Shown here one piece after another: positions 32,396 to 40,152 of a stretch of 40,152 bases of DNA. Position 1 is the first letter of the stretch. Each line of letters begins with the position of its first letter. The notes under the pieces were generated by a model. That model saw only the letters and a program-made list of their open reading frames with translations, did not search any database and was not told where the DNA came from. The stretch is from positions 1 through 40,152 of the forward strand of contig CAYHFB010000001.1 in assembly GCA_964355695.1 (NCBI GenBank). The letters run 5' to 3'. Made by a program: the position numbers and the translations under genes. Source of the stretch: an uncultured candidatus Brocadiaceae bacterium. GTDB taxonomy: Bacteria > Planctomycetota > Brocadiia > Brocadiales > Brocadiaceae.

Positions 32396-33826
32396 TTATG
32401 TTCCGTAACGGAATAAGAAAAAGTTATTTGCAGCCAACGTGCATAGGCAACGTTCTGACAAAAATTCTACTTCCATTGCGTCAAGGCTTGAAGTGGATGC
32501 TCCACCTGCAGAACCTGTAATCCAAGATTTGTACCTTCGGTCTTCACCGGGTCCTTTTCGGTAACGAACGTGCAAAAATGGTCGTTTTACATTTGAACCT
32601 AATATTTGGTCATACACATTTGTTGAACCCGCCGGAACTAACAATCCGTTTACAGTACCTACAACGCCTGTAAGTCCACCTGCATATAAACCACCACGCA
32701 TTGTTATATCGTTTAGGTATTTCCAGTTGGTCTTATGGAACGTGTAACCGCTCCTTACGAAAGAATCAAATTCAAGGGTTAATGCCATGTCTTTACCGTT
32801 AGGGAAAGCACCATACGATGTTCCACCTGCACCATAACTGTTTTGTGCGGCAAGCATATCGTCAATGTTTGTGCTGAATGGCCGGTTGATGAACAACATG
32901 TTTTCGGCTATTGCTCCTTGCTTGTCCAAACGGGCAATTATGGTATCAAAGTCGGCCAATGTAGTAGGATTACCTGCGCCCCATACGTTACCTCTATTGT
33001 TTACTGTATAGAATAAACCGTCAGAACCTTTGTTTCCATAGGTAGGGTTAAGGCTCGCATTGGCAGCACCAGAACCTACTTCGGCAGGAACGTCTTCAAC
33101 CAATTTTGTTTCAAGGTAATCTCCAAATCGTAAACGGGTTTCGCTTTTTGATTTCAAGAACCAATAGTAACCCAACGCCCCTTCTTCTGTTTGGGTTTCA
33201 ACCCATCCGATTTGTGTCATGTCAGTTCCGCTTACAGCGTAATGGTCTTTTATAATTACAGAAGAGTTGTCAAAGAATTCATCTTCGGCCTCCAAAGAAC
33301 CAACCATTCCGACAGTTCCTTTTTTAAATTCCGAACCATATACCCAAACTGTTAAGTTTACGGCCGAACCAAAAGTTTGTCCGCCACCTTCATAGTAAGC
33401 TACATCAAATGTGTTGTAGGTTGTATCTACGGCGGTTATAATACCGTGATTTGAATACCCTGTTGAGTTTTCAGAGACATAAACGTTTTGTCCTGCTCTG
33501 AAAGCAATTGCAGTTACGTTTGAATCATTCACTGTAATAGTTGCAGAATCCGAGTTTGCTGCTGCGCCTGATGTGCAACTTGTGTATTTTGTGTGCAAAC
33601 GACCTTGTTCTGCCCATTTGATTAAGTCAGAGTTTGAAGGCAATTCTGCACCGCAAATACGAAGGAATTCAGCCACGGTACGCGGGCCATAACGCTGAAC
33701 CTCCTGTTGGTCAGTATCAGGAAGATACTGATTAAGAAAATCAAAAGTACTGATATAATTTGTTGAAAGGGCAACTTGCTCGGCACTTGGCTGTAGTTGA
33801 TACCCTGGGGATGCTAATACGCTCAT
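32396..33826 (-). CDS. major capsid protein candidate
   Basis: 476-aa ORF directly after the scaffold-like gene and directly followed by a strong terminator, which is the classic capsid gene position. I cannot verify a sequence motif by eye. Confidence 0.65.
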   Translation of the reverse strand: MSVLASPGYQLQPSAEQVALSTNYISTFDFLNQYLPDTDQQEVQRYGPRTVAEFLRICGAELPSNSDLIKWAEQGRLHTKYTSCTSGAAANSDSATITVNDSNVTAIAFRAGQNVYVSENSTGYSNHGIITAVDTTYNTFDVAYYEGGGQTFGSAVNLTVWVYGSEFKKGTVGMVGSLEAEDEFFDNSSVIIKDHYAVSGTDMTQIGWVETQTEEGALGYYWFLKSKSETRLRFGDYLETKLVEDVPAEVGSGAANASLNPTYGNKGSDGLFYTVNNRGNVWGAGNPTTLADFDTIIARLDKQGAIAENMLFINRPFSTNIDDMLAAQNSYGAGGTSYGAFPNGKDMALTLEFDSFVRSGYTFHKTNWKYLNDITMRGGLYAGGLTGVVGTVNGLLVPAGSTNVYDQILGSNVKRPFLHVRYRKGPGEDRRYKSWITGSAGGASTSSLDAMEVEFLSERCLCTLAANNFFLFRYGT

Positions 33827-33878
33827 TTTTTTACTTTTTAATTGTTAAACATTTTTTTAGTCCGTTTAGACCGATGTC

Positions 33879-34907
33879 TTAATCCGGGTTAAGTATTCTT
33901 ACCTTGATGCCTCCGCCTGTAACGGTTTTAGGTGCTTGTCTCTCGACCATATTAATATTCTTAATACCTGACATAAACCCCTCTGCCTTATCAGCCTGCC
34001 CTTGTTCATAGGCAAACTGTAGCCATTTTTCTCCGTACATAGCCATAGATAAAGCCTTGTGGTAGCCTTCTGCGTCTTTAATCAATCCGTTTTCATCCAA
34101 GAACCTGTTTATAAAGTTCATTGGAGAAGCTTGAACTGATTTTAATTCAGTAGGTGTTCCAGGCGAAAACTTCACTTCCTTATCCCCAAGTTTTACCTCA
34201 AAACCTTTGAAGTCTCCTGTAAATAATTCGTTTGATTTTTGGTCAAACCATGTTCGTTTTCGCTCCTGCTCTTCCTCTACGGTTTTGGCATTTTTGGTAT
34301 ATTGCTTGTACGATTCAAATTCGTTTTTCTCTTCATCGGACAAAAGCGCCGGACTTGACTCAAGCGGCACTTTGTATTGTTCCTGTTGTTTTTCAAAAAA
34401 CTTCTTTGCCTCGGTTAAGGTCTTTTTCTTTGCGACTTTCTTCTTCCTGATGTCAGATTCCAAATCTAAATCTTCGTCTGCTTCCAAATCGGCTACCATC
34501 GCATCTATATCTTCATCGTCCAACCCTTCCTGTGTAGCGGCAAGATATTCCCGGATTTTTGTAGTTTCGTCCATCGTATTAAAATCACGATTCAACTTAA
34601 TAAAATCCTCTATCCCCCTGCCTGTTTCTTTTTTGTATTTCAAAAACGCCCCAACGTCTTCGGGGAGTATTTCTTTTTCTGTAACCAAGTCATCAAAAGA
34701 TTTTACTTCTTTATTAAACTTTTTACCTAAAAATGACAAAACATCTTCGTCTTTGAGGTCAATTGTCGGTTCGGTGGTTGGTTCAACAATTGGTTCAACA
34801 ACTATTTCTTTTTTTTCTGCTTCATGTTGTGCCAAAAGTTCTGCTTCTATTTCAGATTGACTTTTTTCGGGTATATCTGAAAGGATTCTTGCTTTAATTT
34901 CTGCCAT
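33879..34907 (-). CDS. scaffolding protein candidate
   Basis: 342 aa, very acidic and rich in E, K and D, and predicted helical or coiled-coil (for example EADEDLDLESDIRKKKVAKKKTLTEAKKFFEKQQEQYK). It lies between the portal and capsid genes. Confidence 0.6.
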   Translation of the reverse strand: MAEIKARILSDIPEKSQSEIEAELLAQHEAEKKEIVVEPIVEPTTEPTIDLKDEDVLSFLGKKFNKEVKSFDDLVTEKEILPEDVGAFLKYKKETGRGIEDFIKLNRDFNTMDETTKIREYLAATQEGLDDEDIDAMVADLEADEDLDLESDIRKKKVAKKKTLTEAKKFFEKQQEQYKVPLESSPALLSDEEKNEFESYKQYTKNAKTVEEEQERKRTWFDQKSNELFTGDFKGFEVKLGDKEVKFSPGTPTELKSVQASPMNFINRFLDENGLIKDAEGYHKALSMAMYGEKWLQFAYEQGQADKAEGFMSGIKNINMVERQAPKTVTGGGIKVRILNPD

Positions 34908-34929
34908 TTGATTAAATTTAATTAGATTA

Positions 34930-34937
34930 CAAAATTA
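34930..34937 (-). promoter_or_regulatory. Candidate -7 promoter box (TAATTTTG) for the scaffold-capsid unit
   Basis: The minus strand reads TAATTTTG taat CTAATTAAATTTAAT caa ATG. The box and the following 15-mer have the same arrangement as upstream of the plus-strand gene at 5208. Confidence 0.4.
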
Positions 34938-34967
34938 GTATAATTTTATTATAGTGATATTTAATTT

Positions 34968-37400
34968 TTATGATGTCCAATTAGTGCCGCCTAACAGTTC
35001 GTCCATGGTGTCGTTAACCGATTCAAATTTCTTAGGCGGAAGGTTTCGTGACCGTTGTGCTATTAATTCCGATTGGGCAGACGAGGCTTGGTCTAACCTT
35101 TTGTCTTTAGCCGTCTCCTTTTCTTTGTTTAGTGTAGCAATTTGATTTGCTTCGATTCCAGCCAATTGCATATTGTAACTAAATTCCTCTGCCATAAGAG
35201 ACTTCTTGATTTCTCCTTCCGCCTGTAATGTCTTCACAGAATACATAGACTCCGCTTCCAATATTTGCATTTTGGCTTGTGTTTCCATTTGTATTTTCTG
35301 CAAGGCTAATTGTGATGCCATTTCCTGAGATTTGATTTGTTGCTGGGCAATCATAGCTTGCTTTTGCATTTCCATCTTCTCTTCTCTCTCTTGTTTTTTG
35401 GCCTGCTTCATCTTTAGCAATTGATTTGCTAATTTTAGGTTTTTAATTTCTCTTATATCTATTGCATCGGTTAAGTCAATCGTTTTTTGTGCTAATGCAA
35501 TTTGGATATTTGCTTCTAATTGCGCCCTTTCTTCTTCGTCAGGACTTACTTCTATGAATATTCCAAAATCAGAGGCATACAAATCTTTTATTTCGTTAAG
35601 TATTGAAACATTATACTTACCAATCTTGTTAGCAAAATCATCTTTAAAATCAGCGTATTCTAAAATATCTGCTATTCGGTATGTGAGTGCCTCGGCAATA
35701 CCTCTGAATATTGAAAGGCTTCCATCTAAAATATGTCGTGTTGCAGTATTCGAATTTAATGCAGCCAATTTCTGAACACCTACCAAAGCGTTCGGGTCAG
35801 GTGTTGAGCCATCCCTTGCTTCGTTTAACCCTGTGGTGGTTCGGATTTGGTCTAAGTAGTGATTATAGTTTGCAAGCAACATTTGAAGTTTGCCTGCACC
35901 GGAATTTGAGGTTAATTGAGTAATAGGAACTTTTGCATTATTGAATTCTCCGTCTTGGGTGTAACTTCTTCCTATTACGCTACCTGTTTGGAAATATAAA
36001 CTCAAAGCATCTTTTGAGCTGTATGCTGCTCCTGTTCCTAAATCTACTTCGTTTATTCCGTCAGCATCCAAGAAGATTCCATCAGGTACAACTTTGGCAA
36101 CCACTTGTTGAAGTTTTAGGTGTGTTATCTGAATAAGATTAGCAGATGGTATCATTCGCCTAACCAAGGAATCGTAATTTCCCTTATACATATTTGGCGC
36201 ACATGCTACATAGTTCGGCAAAGCATGTTGAGAAGCGGATTTTGGTCTTACCATATTTTTTTCCTCCTCCCATTTAAGCAGAATATTCGTTCCCATAACC
36301 ATTATTCCGCTATACCAAGTGCCTATTGCCTTTTCCATTTTGGTAAAATGTCCGTCTTCCATCATTTCTACCGGAGGATTGAATTGGTCGTCTTTTTCAG
36401 TTACCCTCGAACCGCCGCCTTCAAGAATCTTCTTTTTATAAACCACTTTCTTTGAAGTGTTATAATTAAAATACAGCAACGTACAGGTGTCTTTTCTGAA
36501 AATAGAATTGTTTAGTTGCGAACCATAATAATCATACCATGCACTTCCGTATTGAGTGATGTCTTCTAATTCGGGTTTTGTAAGGTCGGGTTTAATTTTA
36601 TACAGTTCTGTTACGGGAATGGTTTTTACATCCCCCCAATAAAATACATCTTTAAAATTAGGGTTTTCTGTATAACTGTGAATTACATAAGCAGGGTCAA
36701 CCCACCTTAATTCAACTCCTGACCCCGGCAGAAATTCATGTTTTGCCATCCCTACTCCCAAAGTCACCAAATCTCTGTTTACCTGATTTCGTATATCATA
36801 CCATTTGTTTTCTTCCATAATGGTTGATATAGCTTCTTCTTCGGCAATCTCTATGGCAGGTTTGTAGTTTAGTTGCATGTATAAAGCAAGTTCTTCATCG
36901 CTTGCAGGAAGTTCTTCGGGATTCATAACAAACGGGTCAATTCCTGTGAGTTCGTGAATAGAACTAAGCACGTCTTTTGCCACCATTTGCCCCTCTATCA
37001 TATCTTGATATTTGCTTCTTTTTGCTTGCGACATGGCATCTTGCGAAAACGCCTTTGCCTTAAAAAGCCTTTCCGACATTCCGTTTACTACTATATCAAC
37101 AAACTTTGGGATTATAGGCACTATCGTCCAGTCCAAGTTTAGATGCGACAAATCGCCATCAATAGCAAGTTCGTCTTTATATGGCTGAATGGGTTGTTCG
37201 CCCCTTGCAAACATGCGTAGCCTGTGAAACTCGGCTACACGATTATAGAACCTGCAACTTCCGCCATCCCTAAAAAACCAATCGGAGGATATTGCTTGCC
37301 CTATCGTCAGGCCATATTCCCTTGTTGCCTTGGTAGAATCAGATGCAGCTTCATCAGGAAAAGGAGATAATGGGACGTCAATAACTATTTTTGAACTCAT
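34968..37400 (-). CDS. portal protein candidate
   Basis: 810-aa ORF, 18 nt downstream of the large terminase gene and upstream of the scaffold-like gene. The C-terminal ~150 aa form a Q/E/K-rich coiled coil. The call rests on synteny and size. Confidence 0.65.
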   Translation of the reverse strand: MSSKIVIDVPLSPFPDEAASDSTKATREYGLTIGQAISSDWFFRDGGSCRFYNRVAEFHRLRMFARGEQPIQPYKDELAIDGDLSHLNLDWTIVPIIPKFVDIVVNGMSERLFKAKAFSQDAMSQAKRSKYQDMIEGQMVAKDVLSSIHELTGIDPFVMNPEELPASDEELALYMQLNYKPAIEIAEEEAISTIMEENKWYDIRNQVNRDLVTLGVGMAKHEFLPGSGVELRWVDPAYVIHSYTENPNFKDVFYWGDVKTIPVTELYKIKPDLTKPELEDITQYGSAWYDYYGSQLNNSIFRKDTCTLLYFNYNTSKKVVYKKKILEGGGSRVTEKDDQFNPPVEMMEDGHFTKMEKAIGTWYSGIMVMGTNILLKWEEEKNMVRPKSASQHALPNYVACAPNMYKGNYDSLVRRMIPSANLIQITHLKLQQVVAKVVPDGIFLDADGINEVDLGTGAAYSSKDALSLYFQTGSVIGRSYTQDGEFNNAKVPITQLTSNSGAGKLQMLLANYNHYLDQIRTTTGLNEARDGSTPDPNALVGVQKLAALNSNTATRHILDGSLSIFRGIAEALTYRIADILEYADFKDDFANKIGKYNVSILNEIKDLYASDFGIFIEVSPDEEERAQLEANIQIALAQKTIDLTDAIDIREIKNLKLANQLLKMKQAKKQEREEKMEMQKQAMIAQQQIKSQEMASQLALQKIQMETQAKMQILEAESMYSVKTLQAEGEIKKSLMAEEFSYNMQLAGIEANQIATLNKEKETAKDKRLDQASSAQSELIAQRSRNLPPKKFESVNDTMDELLGGTNWTS

Positions 37401-37418
37401 AGTGCTTACAAAATTACT

Positions 37419-39674
37419 TTAATTTCTTAATATCCTACTTATATTACCTTCGTTTGTATATCTCGGTAGGTTAATTATAATCTTGCGTTCTTTGCGTTCT
37501 GGCAAATAAGCGTACTTATTAGCGGCTATCAAACATAAACCTGAACTGATGGAAGCATCAAACTTTTCTCTGTTGTCCATGTCAAATGCCGCCCAATCCT
37601 GTAATGTTCTGTTAAATAACATATCTCCAATTTGGTCGGGTTCTCTGTATGTTCCCTCTTTATCGAAACCGATATATTTTTCTATATATGTTTCTATGGC
37701 TGAGGCGTGTATTTGTTTCACGTCTTCGGATGAGTTAGGAATTCCACCCAATTCAAGTTCTGTTTTTGTCAGTTTCTCTTTTTGCTTGTCAGGTCGGTTC
37801 ATGCTAAAAGCCCTGTATCCTCTGTTTTTTATGTGATACAGCAACCGCGGCTTGTTGTTTTCTACTAAAATTGGCATACCATAAAAAACCATAGCCATCA
37901 AAACTTCTTCAAAGAATATCTCGGCAGTTTGTGGTCGGGCAATATATTGAAGGAAAAAGGTATTTTTAGGAACGCCTTCTTCTGTGTTAAACTTTGTCAA
38001 ACCATGTAAAGAGCCATTCGAACCTCTGCCTCCAACAACGGCACTTACATCATACGGGTCACAAGCAAGAACTCCCAAGTGTTCGTTTCCCGGATAAGAC
38101 ATATCCCCTCTTTTTGTAACTCTGTTTTGAAGATTAGCCTGTGGTATCCACCCAAGCAAAAAACGTCCTCTGTCGTCAGGTGTCCACACAACTTTTGAAT
38201 CTTTAATTCCATCTTTCCAATGAAAAAACCCTCTCGTTAAATGCCGGTCAATAATTAAAGAATCGTTAAAGTCAATTTGCTCGTATATTTTGGTAAGGTT
38301 GAATATGCTTGCGTTGCTTTCATCTCTAAAGGCATGAGAGTATGTTCGCGGGAATTGTCTGTAAAATTCATTCAACGCAGAAGCGTCTGTTTTTAAAGAA
38401 TCTACTTCTGCTTCCCAGTAGTCTATTGCTCCGGTTTTAATTAATTTCCCGTCTATCCCCATAATAGGGGTTTGAGGTTTTCTTAAAACTGGCATACCAT
38501 ATAAATCTATAAACCCTTCCATATTCCATTCCATTGGAATAAAAAGAGAATAAAGCCCTGATTTGGTTTGTCCGTTGGCGTTGCGTTTGGTTACATCAGA
38601 CTCTTCAACCATTTTTTTGAATCCTTCGCCACCTCGCTTATGAGCATTAACGGTTGAACCCATTCTGCACTTCCCTATAATTCTGCTACCTAATCTCAGG
38701 CATGTTTTATGAATTCTCCATGTATTTATAATGTTGGCAGGTTTTATATACTTCCCGGCTTCGTCAATGGAAAGGTATTGTAACTTTTCTCCGTCATAGG
38801 CATTTTCCTCTGAACTCTTATAGGTAATTGTTGTGTTTAGCCCAACTGCATCTCCATCGGAGGAGGTAAGCATATTTTTCTTAGTTATTTTTGTTGCCGG
38901 CACAGCATAAGAAAGAACCGTCTTTGGCTTGTCCATACCTTCCATGATAGGTTTAAAATAAAAAGGAAGATTTGTATTTATAGGAACTACCTTGTCTGTA
39001 AACATTTTCTTTACATCGTCAAGGGTTTTTGACAATAAGCCTATTTGTGAATCTGCAGAAGATGTTCCGATTTCTATTGCGTCTGCCGATGCTTCAAAGG
39101 AGTGTCCTGAACGCCTTATCTTGGTGTATATTTGTCCATAGCACCTTTCATCCGCCCTGCATGCTTCCCAATGAATGTACTTTATTCTGTTTGCTTCACG
39201 AAAATCAGGATAGCCGACATCTATTTTTGCCACTTGCAGGTAATACCAATGTGAGCCTGTTATATAGGTAGGAATTCCGTTGTTCATAAACCAAAGTCCG
39301 TTTTCGCGATACTCATATTGTTTGTCAATAAACGGTTTCCATTTTTGTTTAAAGTTTGGCGGAGTTTCGTTCCATTGGTGGATAGATTTTATTCTTTGCA
39401 GTTCTGGCGGAACTTCTTGTCTTTGCCAATATTGCTCAATTTTTTTATCACTTCGTTTTATAACTTCTGTAACACCTTCATAACATGGCGGTATGGCAAC
39501 AAGCAAGCCTTCAATTTTATAGATTTTCCCAATTTCTCCAGTTTTAGAGATAACGACTATATCCTCTTTTTCATCGTATCCGTATTTCCAAGAATTTTTC
39601 TTGTTTTCTCTTTCGACAACCTCTTTAGGGATATAGTCTTTTACAATAGAAAATATGGATTCCGATTCGTTCAT
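37419..39674 (-). CDS. terL: terminase large subunit
   Basis: 751 aa.
- Deviant Walker A of terminase type: YTKIRRSGHSFEA.
- Walker B: LQYLSIDEAGKY.
- RNaseH-like nuclease acidic residues in context: GVLACDPYD, MPILVENNK, AAFDMDN.

It lies upstream of the portal gene, and its start forms an ATGA overlap with the small upstream ORF. Confidence 0.85.
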   Translation of the reverse strand: MNESESIFSIVKDYIPKEVVERENKKNSWKYGYDEKEDIVVISKTGEIGKIYKIEGLLVAIPPCYEGVTEVIKRSDKKIEQYWQRQEVPPELQRIKSIHQWNETPPNFKQKWKPFIDKQYEYRENGLWFMNNGIPTYITGSHWYYLQVAKIDVGYPDFREANRIKYIHWEACRADERCYGQIYTKIRRSGHSFEASADAIEIGTSSADSQIGLLSKTLDDVKKMFTDKVVPINTNLPFYFKPIMEGMDKPKTVLSYAVPATKITKKNMLTSSDGDAVGLNTTITYKSSEENAYDGEKLQYLSIDEAGKYIKPANIINTWRIHKTCLRLGSRIIGKCRMGSTVNAHKRGGEGFKKMVEESDVTKRNANGQTKSGLYSLFIPMEWNMEGFIDLYGMPVLRKPQTPIMGIDGKLIKTGAIDYWEAEVDSLKTDASALNEFYRQFPRTYSHAFRDESNASIFNLTKIYEQIDFNDSLIIDRHLTRGFFHWKDGIKDSKVVWTPDDRGRFLLGWIPQANLQNRVTKRGDMSYPGNEHLGVLACDPYDVSAVVGGRGSNGSLHGLTKFNTEEGVPKNTFFLQYIARPQTAEIFFEEVLMAMVFYGMPILVENNKPRLLYHIKNRGYRAFSMNRPDKQKEKLTKTELELGGIPNSSEDVKQIHASAIETYIEKYIGFDKEGTYREPDQIGDMLFNRTLQDWAAFDMDNREKFDASISSGLCLIAANKYAYLPERKERKIIINLPRYTNEGNISRILRN

Positions 39675-39943
39675 TTATTTCGTACATTTTTTTCCGCAAA
39701 ACCCATGCTATTGTCAACTTCGCCTTCTGTCAAGGCGAGTTCTTCTGCATCTATACGGGTAAGAATTTCAAAGCAATCGAATATTGCAAGTTTCTTTGCT
39801 GCTGCTGCGTTTTTTAAACGGTCAGCGGAAATATCTTCTTCCGAGTTTGTTACAATAGGCTCTCTGGCGACCTTTATAAGCTCCTCGATTGCTACTCTGC
39901 CAGCATCAATAATCTTTTGTTTTGTTTTTTCCGTTGTCTTCAT
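39671..39943 (-). CDS. small helical protein immediately upstream of terL; terminase small subunit candidate (position only)
   Basis: I prefer the ATG at 39941-39943 (MKTTEKTKQK...), which forms an ATGA overlap with the stop of the upstream partial ORF. Alternative starts are at 39955 and 39976. Its stop overlaps the terL start as ATGA. Confidence 0.45.
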   Translation of the reverse strand: MKTTEKTKQKIIDAGRVAIEELIKVAREPIVTNSEEDISADRLKNAAAAKKLAIFDCFEILTRIDAEELALTEGEVDNSMGFAEKNVRNK

Positions 39944-40152
39944 AGCTTTAGCCATACTATCACCCCTACCGCACATAGTTTCATAACTGCTTCTGCGATA
40001 TAAACGTGTTTACCGAAGATTTTCCGCCTAAAGCCATCAAGTCCTTTTGTTCCGAGATAGAATATTTTGCGTTTTCTCAATCCATTAAGCACGGTCTCGA
40101 ATAGAACATAATACAAAAGATAAAAAACGATTAAATCCACAGTTAATCCACA
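39940..40152 (-). CDS. partial ORF (5' end beyond the right edge), hypothetical
   Basis: The minus-strand frame is open from the window edge: CGLTVDLIVFYLLYYVLFETVLNGLRKRKIFYLGTKGLDGFRRKIFGKHVYIAEAVMKLCAVGVIVWLKL, then a stop at 39940-39942. The ORF track lists it from a GTG at 40140. The ATGA junction with the next gene supports it being real. Confidence 0.4.
   Translation of the reverse strand, partial: CGLTVDLIVFYLLYYVLFETVLNGLRKRKIFYLGTKGLDGFRRKIFGKHVYIAEAVMKLCAVGVIVWLKL

Noticed and set aside
33827-33878. Possible promoter or hairpin between the scaffold-like and capsid-like genes.
   Set aside because: There is no TAnnTTTG match and only 3-bp complementary segments. The capsid gene is most simply co-transcribed with the scaffold gene.
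34207-34860. 217-aa plus-strand ORF opposite the scaffold-like gene.
   Set aside because: Its product is extremely S/F-rich and low-complexity, which is the mirror image of the E/K-rich scaffold frame. I see no promoter or start context.
39318-39986. 222-aa plus-strand ORF spanning the terL 5' end and the small upstream gene.
   Set aside because: It is antisense to two well-supported, ATGA-coupled minus-strand genes. Its composition is F/S/L-rich, typical of a shadow frame.
1-40152. Searched for tRNA or tmRNA genes, CRISPR repeats, integrase or att sites, and transposase ends.
   Set aside because: All non-coding gaps are under 160 nt and AT-rich, with no cloverleaf-like GC stems. There are no regularly spaced repeats and no recombinase-like ORFs. 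The window looks like a contiguous phage late region, not a prophage junction or defence island.

Overview
The window looks like about 40 kb of the late (structural) region of a tailed dsDNA phage. There is no integrase, att site, tRNA or CRISPR array. All convincing genes but one lie on the minus strand. They are tightly packed, with many ATGA or TAATG stop/start overlaps.

Read in the direction of transcription (high to low coordinates), the order is:
- a partial upstream ORF, a small TerS-like ORF, and the large terminase
- portal, an acidic scaffold-like protein, a major-capsid-like protein and a strong intrinsic terminator
- two unknown virion genes, a T7 gp11-like adaptor candidate and a 1,586-aa nozzle-like or tail protein with a Cys-rich C-terminus
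- two more structural genes, an HNH-AP2 homing endonuclease and a small GNAT
- three genes in the T7 gp14/15/16 (internal core or ejection protein) position, the last being one 3,936-aa ORF
- an RHH-GroEL-GroES unit
- one lone plus-strand gene
- a tail-fibre operon that ends in small membrane proteins, possibly lysis-related

I infer a Bacteroidota (Flavobacteriia-like) host from three things: recurrent TAnnTTTG boxes, AT-rich leaders without Shine-Dalgarno sequences, and GNVGIGT-type fibre repeats.

The most interesting items are:
1. The giant gp16-position ORF. It carries Gly-zipper membrane segments, a GNAT-like module, a ParB/Srx-like module, an SNF2-type helicase and further unassigned modules. 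I read it as a candidate virion-injected polyvalent effector.
2. A phage-borne GroEL plus GroES pair with its own RHH gene and promoter-like box.
3. A conserved promoter-box plus AT-palindrome element shared by the scaffold operon and the lone plus-strand gene.

All functional calls come from reading motifs by eye. No database search was run.
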